A stretch of DNA of 64,000 bases from Smithella sp. PtaU1.Bin162 (GTDB lineage Bacteria; Desulfobacterota; Syntrophia; Syntrophales; Smithellaceae). The notes under the pieces are model-generated. The model worked only from the letters and a program-made list of their open reading frames with translations, did no database searches and was not told the origin of the DNA. The stretch spans positions 13,877-77,876 of the forward strand of contig MVRV01000184.1 in the NCBI GenBank assembly GCA_002068015.1, given 5' to 3'. Position 1 is the stretch's first letter, and every line of letters begins with the position of its first letter. This document shows positions 46,314 through 57,343 of this stretch, piece after piece. The position numbers and the translations under genes are program-made.

Positions 46314-47588
46314 TTATTTTTTTATGCCATTGCCTTCGGTCTTTTCATTTTCCATTTGATCGTATTGAGCGATAATATCCTTCAGCTCCATATCATCATG
46401 ATCTTCGAGAATCACGTATTGCTGTCCTTCGTCATCTTTAAGAGCTACGGTTGGAATCTTATAAGCATCATCAACGGAAGCTGTGTAAACCACATCCTGA
46501 ACGGCATTGGGATCAATAAGCGATGAAATGTAATCCGCTTCTTTGGAAGAATCAGCACCCATGCCGAAACTTTTGTAAGGATGATTAAAGGAAGTCTGGT
46601 TGTTGATAAATTCTTTAAGGTAAAGTTCCATTGTAAACATACCTTCATTCCGGCTCGTAAGCATAGTTGTTTCCAGCTGAGTCAGTTTGTTCTCACGGAT
46701 GCTGCTCCGCACGGACGAAGAACCCCTTGTTATAGATAAAACCGGTACACGGAACCCCGCTTTTTCAATGTAAGTTAATTGCTGAACAATCAGCCAGGAA
46801 AGCGTTGACGCAAACTGGTAACGAATGACTTCCTGATTATCACCGGATACGCAGTTATTGATGCGGTAAATGGCATCTTCGGCGTCAGTAGCGTGCAGAG
46901 TTGCGAAAACAAGGTGTCCGGACTCGGCGGCATTGAGTGTAAGCCGGATGGTATCCGGTTCCCGTAATTCCCCGACAAAGATAACGTCGGGATTTTCCCT
47001 CAGAACATCCAGAAGCCCCTGGTCGAAAGATGGCACATGAATGCCGACTTCGCGCTGTTCGATAAAGGCTTTTTTAGGTTTAAACCGGTATTCGATGGGA
47101 TCTTCAATCGTTATGATATGCACGGGCCGGGAACGGTTTATTTCTTCAATAATAGCTGCGACGGTGGTTGATTTGCCTGATCCTGTACTTCCGCAAACAA
47201 GAATCAGTCCTGACCGAAGGTCGCGAATCTTGTTGAGCGAAGGATGCAAATTCAGTGAATTAATATCGGGAATTGTCTCGGGAAGGAGACGTATGGCCAA
47301 ACTAAGTCCACGCGTGGTGTAGAAGGCATTGATCCTTACCCGTACATGATTGAATGACAAGGCAAAATCAACGGACCATCTTTTTCGCAAAGTCAGTAAC
47401 TGGCGTTCACTTAACATGTCTTTAACTATAGCGTCAATATCCGTATGCGACCACTTAACGTGTTTATCGAAATGGATGATGCCATCACTGCGGAAAATCA
47501 GGGGAAAACCTCCGGTAATGTGGAGATCGGAAATCCTCTGCTTGATGGCTGCGAGAATCAGATCCGTAAAGCGTTTGTTCATATTCAT
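46314..47588 (-). CDS. PilT-family secretion/twitching ATPase with an acidic C-terminal extension
   Basis: Walker A GSTGSGKST, Asp box ITIEDPIE, Walker B VIFVGELRE, His box GHLVFATLHA. About 80 extra acidic C-terminal residues follow. Confidence 0.8.
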   Translation of the reverse strand: MNMNKRFTDLILAAIKQRISDLHITGGFPLIFRSDGIIHFDKHVKWSHTDIDAIVKDMLSERQLLTLRKRWSVDFALSFNHVRVRINAFYTTRGLSLAIRLLPETIPDINSLNLHPSLNKIRDLRSGLILVCGSTGSGKSTTVAAIIEEINRSRPVHIITIEDPIEYRFKPKKAFIEQREVGIHVPSFDQGLLDVLRENPDVIFVGELREPDTIRLTLNAAESGHLVFATLHATDAEDAIYRINNCVSGDNQEVIRYQFASTLSWLIVQQLTYIEKAGFRVPVLSITRGSSSVRSSIRENKLTQLETTMLTSRNEGMFTMELYLKEFINNQTSFNHPYKSFGMGADSSKEADYISSLIDPNAVQDVVYTASVDDAYKIPTVALKDDEGQQYVILEDHDDMELKDIIAQYDQMENEKTEGNGIKK

Positions 47589-47892
47589 ATATATAAATTA
47601 ACCTCGGTATGTTAATTATTCGTCAAAACCGCTGTCATAATAATTTATCGAGTATGCCCGATGAATTGCCTGAATTATTTAATTTTTTGCAGAATAAGTT
47701 AAAAGCAATCCGGCGTCAAGCAGAAAAGACTACTCTAAAGATAGAATATATGATTGATCAAAATTATAACCAAATGCATCAATTAAAAGCCGGTTAAAAC
47801 TTCGTAAAAAAAGCAATATTATTTTGCGAGAAATGACTTGATGAGAGAGTAATTTGTTGCTAACATGCGCCCACTTTTAGACGAGATCATCA

Positions 47893-48342
47893 ATGCGTGC
47901 AGTCATTCAGAGAGTCGACAGGGCAAGCGTCAGCATTCACAACAAAGAAATCTCCTCGATCAGCGAAGGGATACTGGTATTGTTAGGCGTAGAAAAAAAC
48001 GATTCTAAAGCTGATGCGGACTATATTTTAGATAAAACCATCAACCTGCGAATTTTTGAAGATGAAACGGGTAAGATGAACCGGTCTTTGCTTGATATTA
48101 ACGGCGAAATGATTGTGGTATCACAGTTTACATTACTTGCCAGCTGTATCAAGGGCCGGCGGCCTTCTTTCGTTCAGGCTGAAGAACCGGCCAGGGCCAA
48201 TGAATTATACGAATATTTTGTCCAAGAGGGGATGCAAAGAATAAAGAAACTGGCTTGTGGAAAATTTCAGGAAATGATGCAGGTCGAACTGATTAATAAC
48301 GGACCTGTAACAATATTACTGGACAGTAAAAAAAATTTCTAA
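47893..48342 (+). CDS. dtd: D-aminoacyl-tRNA deacylase
   Basis: MRAVIQRV N-terminus, the SQFTL motif and NNGPVT, in 149 aa. Confidence 0.9.
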   Translation: MRAVIQRVDRASVSIHNKEISSISEGILVLLGVEKNDSKADADYILDKTINLRIFEDETGKMNRSLLDINGEMIVVSQFTLLASCIKGRRPSFVQAEEPARANELYEYFVQEGMQRIKKLACGKFQEMMQVELINNGPVTILLDSKKNF

Positions 48343-48345
48343 AAA

Positions 48346-48807
48346 ATGGAAAACTGCGCTATAAAAATTGATAAAGATGGGATCTGGTACTATCACGGAG
48401 CGCACATGTTCCGTAAAGACATATTATGCATTTTTTTTGAAAATCTTAAAGTTAATGAATGCGGAAAATATCGGATAGAATTAAACGGCGAAAGCTGCCT
48501 GCTCGATGTCGAAGATACTGCTTTTGTTGTAACATCGGTTTATAAAACAAGGCAGGCACCGGAAACGGAAGATTATATTTATCTTCTTCTGACTGACGAC
48601 ACTTTGGAAAAACTTAATTTGAATACGTTATATATCGGCAATAATGACGTTCTCTACTGCCAGGTGAAAAATGGGAAATTTTTGGCCCGTTTTTCCCGGA
48701 AAAGCTATTATCAACTGGCGGAGTTCATCGAACAGGAAGAAAACAGAAATTGCTTTTTTATAAGTTGGAACGGCAAAAAATATCTTATAAAAAATAACGC
48801 ATCATAA
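48346..48807 (+). CDS. DUF1285-like protein
   Basis: Has the pattern IDKDGIWYYHGAHMFRKDI..FF..L...GKY...L..E.C.LDVEDT.FVV, which is typical of DUF1285. It lies 3 nt after dtd. Confidence 0.55.
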   Translation: MENCAIKIDKDGIWYYHGAHMFRKDILCIFFENLKVNECGKYRIELNGESCLLDVEDTAFVVTSVYKTRQAPETEDYIYLLLTDDTLEKLNLNTLYIGNNDVLYCQVKNGKFLARFSRKSYYQLAEFIEQEENRNCFFISWNGKKYLIKNNAS

Positions 48808-50283
<1,476 letters not shown>

Positions 50284-50428
50284 TTACGGAAAAGGTTCTT
50301 TTGCATTGAACTGAACATTTCTTTCTTAAATATTTTCAATTCTTTATTTCCAAGATAGATAGTAATCAACCGAAACGGATATTCTGTTTATCGGTGGTTA
50401 GTCTATCAATAACAATGCATGGCCAACT

Positions 50429-53400
50429 ATGAAACACTCTGATTTCGTTCATCTGCATGTCCATACTCAATACAGTCTGCTTGATGGAATGATCCGTCTG
50501 GATGACCTCTTCAAAAAGGCCAAAGAATATGCGATGCCGGCCATAGCCATAACTGATCATGGCAACATGTTCGGTGCAATTGATTTTTATAAACAAGCCT
50601 ATGCCAACGGTATCAAGCCGATTATCGGCTGCGAACTATACGTTGCACCGCGCAGCCGTCTTGACAAGACAACATCCTCCATCGGTGAAGCGACACGTCA
50701 TTTAGTTGTCCTCGTCAAAAACATGCAAGGATATAAGAATTTAATGAAACTGACCTCCGCGGCTCATATCGAAGGATTTTATTACCGGCCGCGTGTGGAT
50801 AAAGATCTCCTCAAACAATACTCCGAAGGCCTGATCGTTTCCAGTGCCTGCCTGCACGGCGAAATTGCCTTCCATATTGTCCGGGGTAATATGGATGAAG
50901 CCCGGAAAGCCGCCCTTGAATATCTGAAAATATTCGGTGAGGATAATTTCTATCTGGAAATCATGGAAAACGGCATTCCCGAGCAGAAAATTGCCAACCA
51001 GGGACTGATTGAACTAAGCAAAGAACTGTCCATTCCGCTCATAGCTACCAATGACTGCCATTACCTTAATGCTGACCATGCCGAGGCACACAATATCCTT
51101 TTGTGCATTCAAACGGGTAAAACTGTTGAAGACGGCGACCGGATGTCGATGACGTCGGATCAGTTTTATGTCAAATCACCGGCGGAAATGGGGGCGCTTT
51201 TTGCCTTAATACCGGAGGCGATATCCAATACGGTGAGCATTGCCGAGAGGTGCAATCTGACTTTTGAATTCGGTAAGTTCTATTTGCCGAAATTTGAAGT
51301 AAAAAATCCGGAGGAAACTCTGGAAAATTATCTGGAACGCAAAGCAGTGGAAGGGTTGGAAAAGCTTCTGCCGACTATTATGAAGTATCAGAAAGAAGAT
51401 GAGGACATTGTTCGGGAAAAATATACTAAGCGTCTGAATACGGAACTGGAAATTATTAAAAAGATGGGATTTTCCGGTTATTTTCTGATCGTTTCGGATT
51501 TTATCAAACATGCCAAACACAATGGTGTTCCCGTTGGACCCGGACGCGGTTCTGCTGCTGGGTCTCTTGTGGCTTACGCCATCCGTATTACCGACATCGA
51601 TCCCCTGCGTTACGGACTCTTTTTTGAAAGGTTTCTAAATCCTGACCGCATCAGTATGCCGGACATTGATATTGATTTCTGTCAGGAGCGCCGCGGAGAA
51701 ATCATCAAATATGTGACGGAGAAATATGGTAAGGATAAAGTCACGCAAATTTGCACTTTCGGAAAGATGATGGCCAAGGGCGTGATTCGTGATGTCGGAC
51801 GCGCCCTGAATATCCCTTACGGTGATGTGGATCGTATCGCCAAGCTGGTACCTAATGTTTTAAATATCACGCTTGCGGAATCTTTTAAAATGGAACCCCG
51901 GTTTGCTGAAGAACGCAAGAAAAATCCGCAAATTGATAAACTGCTCTCACTTTCACTGATTTTGGAAGGTCTTAACCGCCACTCATCGGTTCACGCCGCC
52001 GGTGTTGTTATTTCCGATGCTCCACTGGTTGAAAGGGTGCCTCTTTTTGCCCCGAAAGACGATATCGTTTCTCAATACTCTATGAAAGACATTGAGGCAG
52101 TCGGACTGACAAAGTTTGACTTCCTTGGGCTCAAGACCCTGACAGTGATAAGAAATGCCGTAAATTTTGTCAAGGAATCACATAATATTGATATTGACAT
52201 CAATGACTTACCACTTGACGATGCAGAAACATATAAACTGTTGATGAAAGGCGAAACAGACGGCGTTTTCCAGTTGGAAAGTTCCGGAATGAAAGACCTT
52301 CTGGTAAATTTTAAACCCGATCATATTGAAGATGTCATTGCTTTAATTGCAGCTTATCGCCCCGGCCCGATGAAAATGATTCCTGATTTCATAGCCCGTA
52401 AACATGGAAAACAACAAATAACTTATGAAATGCCTCAGCTGGAACCGATTTTGAAAGAAACTTACGGTATTATCTTATATCAGGAGCAGGTCATGCAGAT
52501 TGCCAACGTGATCGGCGGTTACACAATGGCTCAAGCTGATACTTTGCGTAAAGTTATGGGTAAAAAGCAAGTTGCAGCTATGGAAAAGGAAAAACCAAGA
52601 TTTCTCGAAGGTGCGAAGAAGAAAAAAATTAATGAGAATAAGGCAAAAACAATATGGGATCAAATGGAAACCTTTGCCGAGTATGGCTTCAATAAATCTC
52701 ATAGTGCCGCTTATGCCATTATCACATATCAGACTGCCTATTTAAAAACACATTACCCTGTTGCTTTCATGGCTGCATTGCTCACTTCGGAAAAAGACAA
52801 TCGTGATAAGATTATCAAACACATGAACAATTGTAAGGAAATGGGGATTAATGTTCTGCCTCCGGATATTAATGAATCTCAAAAAGATTTCAGCATTTCC
52901 GGGGATAATATCCGTTTTGGTCTAGCTGCTGTAAAAAATGTCGGCGAGGCAGCGATTGAATCTATAATCACTATGCGGCGGGACGCAAAATTCTCCTCAT
53001 TTATGGATTTTTTGATCCGTGTTGATCTGCGTAAGGTAAATAAAAGAGTAATGGAAAGCTTAATTAAATGCGGCTCCTTCGATTCTTTAGGCTATAAACG
53101 CAGCCAGCTTATGGTCTGCTATGAAGAAGCAATGAACGAAGCACAGCGTAAACAAAAAGAAATACTAAGCAGTCAGTCGAGCTTTTTTGATGAATTTGAT
53201 TCAGCTACAAGGGAAAATAATAACGGAGACTCTTTTAAGATACCTGATATTCCAGAATGGGATCATAAAGAACTGCTCTCCATCGAAAAAGAGACTCTAG
53301 GCTTTTACATTACCGGCCATCCTTTGCATGGTTATGCCGACAAGTTAAAGTTTGTTACTAACACAGATTCCAGTACTTTGAGCACAAAACGAGATAAGGA

Positions 53401-53893
53401 TACAATTACCATTGCCGGAGTAATCAGTTCATTGAACGAAAGGCCGACCAGGCGAAAAGACATTATGTGTAATGTCGTTCTGGAAGATTTGCAGGGTTCG
53501 GTAAGTATCATCTTCTGGGCAGATACATATAAAAAATATTACGACTTGCTCCATGCGGATGAACCGGTTGTCATTCAAGGGATGGTTGATGTAGGTGATG
53601 AATCGCTCAAGGTTATTGCCCAGGAAGTCATCCTGCTAGCCAAATCCCTGGAGAATCCTTATAAGCAGATCCGTTTTATGGTCGATGCCGATAAAATTTC
53701 ACCTGAGAACATTGTTTTCTTCTGTAATGCTATGAAAAAATATTCCGGTAAATACGATAGTTATATACACATTCTTAATGGGAAAAGTGAAACAATTGTC
53801 TATTTGGGCGATCAGTTGCGCTTGGATATTAATGATAAATTGAAACGGGAGGCGGATAGTATATTAGGGGAGGGTGCCACAACATACTGCTGA
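50429..53893 (+). CDS. dnaE: DNA polymerase III alpha subunit
   Basis: PHP domain FVHLHVHTQYSLLDG, polymerase core (PDIDIDF, GLLKFDFLGL-like FDFLGLKTL) and an OB fold. Length is 1154 aa. Confidence 0.95.
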   Translation: MKHSDFVHLHVHTQYSLLDGMIRLDDLFKKAKEYAMPAIAITDHGNMFGAIDFYKQAYANGIKPIIGCELYVAPRSRLDKTTSSIGEATRHLVVLVKNMQGYKNLMKLTSAAHIEGFYYRPRVDKDLLKQYSEGLIVSSACLHGEIAFHIVRGNMDEARKAALEYLKIFGEDNFYLEIMENGIPEQKIANQGLIELSKELSIPLIATNDCHYLNADHAEAHNILLCIQTGKTVEDGDRMSMTSDQFYVKSPAEMGALFALIPEAISNTVSIAERCNLTFEFGKFYLPKFEVKNPEETLENYLERKAVEGLEKLLPTIMKYQKEDEDIVREKYTKRLNTELEIIKKMGFSGYFLIVSDFIKHAKHNGVPVGPGRGSAAGSLVAYAIRITDIDPLRYGLFFERFLNPDRISMPDIDIDFCQERRGEIIKYVTEKYGKDKVTQICTFGKMMAKGVIRDVGRALNIPYGDVDRIAKLVPNVLNITLAESFKMEPRFAEERKKNPQIDKLLSLSLILEGLNRHSSVHAAGVVISDAPLVERVPLFAPKDDIVSQYSMKDIEAVGLTKFDFLGLKTLTVIRNAVNFVKESHNIDIDINDLPLDDAETYKLLMKGETDGVFQLESSGMKDLLVNFKPDHIEDVIALIAAYRPGPMKMIPDFIARKHGKQQITYEMPQLEPILKETYGIILYQEQVMQIANVIGGYTMAQADTLRKVMGKKQVAAMEKEKPRFLEGAKKKKINENKAKTIWDQMETFAEYGFNKSHSAAYAIITYQTAYLKTHYPVAFMAALLTSEKDNRDKIIKHMNNCKEMGINVLPPDINESQKDFSISGDNIRFGLAAVKNVGEAAIESIITMRRDAKFSSFMDFLIRVDLRKVNKRVMESLIKCGSFDSLGYKRSQLMVCYEEAMNEAQRKQKEILSSQSSFFDEFDSATRENNNGDSFKIPDIPEWDHKELLSIEKETLGFYITGHPLHGYADKLKFVTNTDSSTLSTKRDKDTITIAGVISSLNERPTRRKDIMCNVVLEDLQGSVSIIFWADTYKKYYDLLHADEPVVIQGMVDVGDESLKVIAQEVILLAKSLENPYKQIRFMVDADKISPENIVFFCNAMKKYSGKYDSYIHILNGKSETIVYLGDQLRLDINDKLKREADSILGEGATTYC

Positions 53894-53978
53894 GGATAAA
53901 GGCTTAAGATTGAAGGGAAGGGCGGGGTTCGTGAAGTGTGAAATATGATGCGTAAAAACCTGGTATTATAAGCCCCTG

Positions 53979-54110
53979 ATGTCATTCTCGTGTAAGCGAA
54001 GCGCGACACGGGAATCCAGAATCAGTTCGCCAGAAAACTGGATTACCCAGTTACAAACTAATAGACTAAAGGTCATGCGAGGTCGCGAGAGCCGGGCAAT
54101 GACATTTTAG
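53979..54110. repeat. degenerate REP/MITE-like palindromic elements in the dnaE 3' spacer
   Basis: Hairpins ATTCTCGTGT-12 nt-ACACGGGAAT (53984..54015) and AATCCAG-18 nt-CTGGATT (54013..54044), plus GTCATGCGAGGTCGCGAGAGCCGGGCAATGAC (54073..54104). The region is GC-rich relative to its flanks. Confidence 0.4.
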
Positions 54111-54155
54111 TAAATGGTTAAAAACAACTAAAATTAGCCGAGTTTAATTAATAAT

Positions 54156-54875
54156 ATGTTATATGAAGAAAGAATATATAGGTCATTAATTAATAAAGAT
54201 AATTTAACTTCATATAATATCAAAATTGCTGAAAGTGATCTTTTTATCAGTTCAGATATTAACCTGGCCGATCAAGCTCTTAGGTCATTAGTAAAGCATC
54301 GTTATTCTTTAGAATACTATATCAAGAATCACCCTGAATTTAGCACTTCGCTTTTGCCTCTTTCCAAAGACAATTTGGCTCCGCCGATTGTTCGCGATAT
54401 GCTTATAAAGTCGAATACCTGCATGGTAGGGCCGATGGCTGCCGTTGCCGGCGCCATTTCTGAGTTTGTGGGATATGATCTTTTCAATCAAACGGAAAAT
54501 CTTATCATTGAAAATGGCGGCGATATATTTCTTCGTTCAAAAACCAGACTGACTGTTGCCATTTTTGCCGGAGAATCTGCTTTAAGTTATAAAATAAAAG
54601 TAGCTATAAAACCTGAAGAAACGCCATTAGGAATTTGTACATCATCGGCTACAGTGGGGCCTTCTTTGAGTTTCGGCAAAGCCGACGCAGTTTGTGTGAT
54701 TTCCAAATCCGCGACACTGGCCGACGCCGCAGCTTCCGCTATAGGGAATAGAGTAAAAACTGAAAAGGATATTAAAATTGCTTTGAATTATGGAATTAAA
54801 ATTCCCGGAGTAAAAGGCATCATTATCATCTGCGGCAATGACATGGGGGCGATAGGTGAGGTGGAGCTGGTTTAA
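54156..54875 (+). CDS. UPF0280 (COG2122, ApbE-like fold) protein
   Basis: Contains VGPMAAVAGAISEFVG, IIENGGDIFL, ICTSSATVGPSLSFGKADAV and LADAAASAIGNRV, which match the family signature as I remember it. Confidence 0.7.
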   Translation: MLYEERIYRSLINKDNLTSYNIKIAESDLFISSDINLADQALRSLVKHRYSLEYYIKNHPEFSTSLLPLSKDNLAPPIVRDMLIKSNTCMVGPMAAVAGAISEFVGYDLFNQTENLIIENGGDIFLRSKTRLTVAIFAGESALSYKIKVAIKPEETPLGICTSSATVGPSLSFGKADAVCVISKSATLADAAASAIGNRVKTEKDIKIALNYGIKIPGVKGIIIICGNDMGAIGEVELV

Positions 54876-54914
54876 AAAAATGACAAGTACAACAATGAGG
54901 GGGGTAGAAAAAAT

Positions 54915-55286
54915 ATGGAATGGACTAATACAATAAGAGAAAAAGGACAATATGTTGAGATAATTACCAAGGGCGTTGCGGATGGAAAAGGATCACTAGA
55001 TATGGCCAAGGCAATTGCAATAACTATGAGTAAAAATCAAATAAAAAGGGTATTAATAGACCAAAGAAATGTTGATTCAGTTTCAGGTGGAACAATAGAT
55101 ATTTATCAACGTCCAAAACAATTGAAGGCAACGGGAGTGATTAATGAGTTGAAGATTGCGGAGATTGTTAACCCGGAACATAATGAGTTCTTCAATTTCC
55201 TGGAAACAGTATGTATAAATAGCGGTTTTGAATTTGCAATATTTAATGATAAAAAATCCGCACTGGAATGGCTACTTAAACAATAA
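54915..55286 (+). CDS. hypothetical 123-aa protein (possibly a STAS/SpoIIAA-like fold)
   Basis: An ORF with a GGGGTAG SD-like sequence upstream and a C-terminal F..F.D...A..WL pattern reminiscent of STAS-like DUFs. There are no catalytic motifs. Confidence 0.4.
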   Translation: MEWTNTIREKGQYVEIITKGVADGKGSLDMAKAIAITMSKNQIKRVLIDQRNVDSVSGGTIDIYQRPKQLKATGVINELKIAEIVNPEHNEFFNFLETVCINSGFEFAIFNDKKSALEWLLKQ

Positions 55287-55677
55287 TGCTCTTACATTTT
55301 GAAATAATTGCATTTTTTGTCGTGAAACGAGGCTTATGATGTAAGAGGTGCGTATCGATTTAAAGAAAGAACAACAAGCGTCAATGGTAAGAACGCACTA
55401 CAAGTATTCAGCATATTACCTTTCAGATGGGCGCCGGTTACTCCCTGTTGATAAAAAGAGATACGGTAAAAGGTATGATTATCAATATAAGAATAAAAAC
55501 TTACACAATATATGTTTACATAACATATCTTATAAGACTTAAAGTAAATATTGTATATTTGAGAAAATGGGGTCTAGAAACGACAAAATCGTCATATCAT
55601 CTTGAAATTAGATAAAATATACCGGTCTCCAATTAAACCTTCAGTCTTCAGCCTAAAAGCACTTTCATCAGTTTTTT

Positions 55678-56634
55678 CTAAATTCCATCGTCAGCTAATT
55701 GTTTAATTATTTTTTGCTGGTGTTCGGAAAGTTTTTTCGGAACTTCTATATTGATTTTTACATATTGATCGCCTTTGAGTGCTCCTTTTAGTCCGGGAAC
55801 ACCGAAGCCCTTCATTCTTATTTTTGTGTTATTTTGAGTTCCTGGAGATATCTTCAATCTTTTAATTGTGCCGTCCAAGGTTGGAACATCAATAGTTGTT
55901 CCCAACGCTGCCTGGGTGAATTTTATTGTTTTTTCAATATATAAGTCATTGCCGTCACGGGAAAAAATTGGATGTGGCAACACATTAATATTTAAATATA
56001 AATCTCCATTATGCCCGCCGTTATAACCAGAAAGTCCTTTGCCGGGCAATCGCAGTTTTTTTCCGGTGCTTATACCTGCAGGAATTTTTACATTTATTTC
56101 TTCAATTCGATTTTCAATTTGCAGGGAAAGTTTCTTGTCTGTTCCGAATACTGATTCTTCTAATGATATCGACAGATTATATTCGACATCCTGTCCTTTT
56201 TGAGCCATTTGACGTCCAAATTGCTGACCTGCTCCCATACCTCCTAATATATCAGAAAAAGAATCTTCATAATCTCGAGGACTTGCACCTCCCCTCCTGC
56301 TTGTGCGAAATGTTGCCCGGCCTCCTGCCCTGTTACCTCCAAATCCAAAGCTGCGTAGAATTTCGTCCAAGTCGAAACCGCGGAAAATATCCTCTTGAGA
56401 GTACTGCTGACGGAACTGATCCGCCGAACCGAAATTATCATATTGCTGACGTTTTTCCGCATCACTCAAAACTGCATAAGCTTCGCTTATTTTTTTAAAC
56501 TTTTCTTCAGCGGATTTGTTATTTGGATTTCTGTCGGGATGCCATTTTAAAGCAAGTTTTCGATAAGCTTTTTTAATTTCATCGGCCGATGCCTTTTTAG
56601 ATATACCCAATATCTGATAATAATCTTCAGCCAT
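55678..56634 (-). CDS. cbpA: DnaJ-class co-chaperone without a zinc finger (CbpA-like)
   Basis: J domain ([13 protein letters not shown]...HPDRN), a G/F-rich linker and C-terminal substrate-binding domains, with no CxxCxGxG repeats. Confidence 0.8.
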   Translation of the reverse strand: MAEDYYQILGISKKASADEIKKAYRKLALKWHPDRNPNNKSAEEKFKKISEAYAVLSDAEKRQQYDNFGSADQFRQQYSQEDIFRGFDLDEILRSFGFGGNRAGGRATFRTSRRGGASPRDYEDSFSDILGGMGAGQQFGRQMAQKGQDVEYNLSISLEESVFGTDKKLSLQIENRIEEINVKIPAGISTGKKLRLPGKGLSGYNGGHNGDLYLNINVLPHPIFSRDGNDLYIEKTIKFTQAALGTTIDVPTLDGTIKRLKISPGTQNNTKIRMKGFGVPGLKGALKGDQYVKINIEVPKKLSEHQQKIIKQLADDGI

Positions 56635-56644
56635 ATATCACCTA

Positions 56645-56672
56645 ATTATATTCTTTAAATTATATATTGTAA
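56645..56672 (-). promoter_or_regulatory. sigma70-like promoter for cbpA
   Basis: Minus strand reads TTACAA, 16 nt, TATAAT, followed by an AGGTGA SD and the ATG. Confidence 0.45.
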
Positions 56673-56741
56673 CATCTTATATTTAAAAATTAATCTATCA
56701 TAATACATGATAAAAATATCGGATAGCGATTCGACACTAAT

Positions 56742-57326
56742 TTAAGCATCTCTTCCTTTTTGGAAAGCCGCTAAATTGATTTTCACTAATTTCTCGGGGA
56801 AAGATTTTTTAATAACTTCTTCCCAAATAGAAGATGGTATATTCATCAAATTGGATATTGCTCCTAAAAGAACAACATTTGCCGCTTTTACATTACCTGA
56901 TTTTTTAGCGAGATCTGTCGCATCGATTTCTTTAACCTGTTTATAATTGATTCTTAAAAGCGGAATAATATCATCAGGATATGGAATATCTCCAAAATTT
57001 ACCGACGGCGGATAAATTTCATCGGCATTAAGAATTATGGTGGCATCTTTAGTTAAATAATTCATATAGCGAAGTGCCTCCATCTTTTCGAAAGCAACAA
57101 GAAGATCAATTCCCCCCAGTTTTGCAAGCGGTGAATATACTTTACTGCCGTAGCGAACGTGACTGGTCACACAACCACCGCGCTGTGCCATCCCGTGAAC
57201 TTCACTCTTTTTAACATCAAGACCAGCTTCCATCATTACTATACACATAATATCACTGGCTCTTAAAGTGCCCTGTCCACCTACTCCCGCCAGTAAAATA
57301 CTTTTTACATCATAATTATTGACCAT
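56742..57326 (-). CDS. iorB: indolepyruvate:ferredoxin oxidoreductase subunit beta
   Basis: GVGGQGTL motif of the 2-oxoacid:ferredoxin oxidoreductase gamma-type domain. It lies downstream of iorA. Confidence 0.85.
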   Translation of the reverse strand: MVNNYDVKSILLAGVGGQGTLRASDIMCIVMMEAGLDVKKSEVHGMAQRGGCVTSHVRYGSKVYSPLAKLGGIDLLVAFEKMEALRYMNYLTKDATIILNADEIYPPSVNFGDIPYPDDIIPLLRINYKQVKEIDATDLAKKSGNVKAANVVLLGAISNLMNIPSSIWEEVIKKSFPEKLVKINLAAFQKGRDA

Positions 57327-57343
57327 TGAAATTGCCTCATTTT

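Noticed and set aside
47609-47797. A 62-aa ORF in the pilT/dtd divergent spacer.
   Set aside because: There is no SD before either candidate Met and I recognised no motif. The region is AT-rich and promoter-like. I cannot support it as coding, though a small protein is not excluded.
55348-55615. Two overlapping small basic ORFs of 64 and 62 aa.
   Set aside because: They have low-complexity Lys/Tyr/Ile-rich sequences in an AT-rich spacer, with no SD. They are likely spurious.
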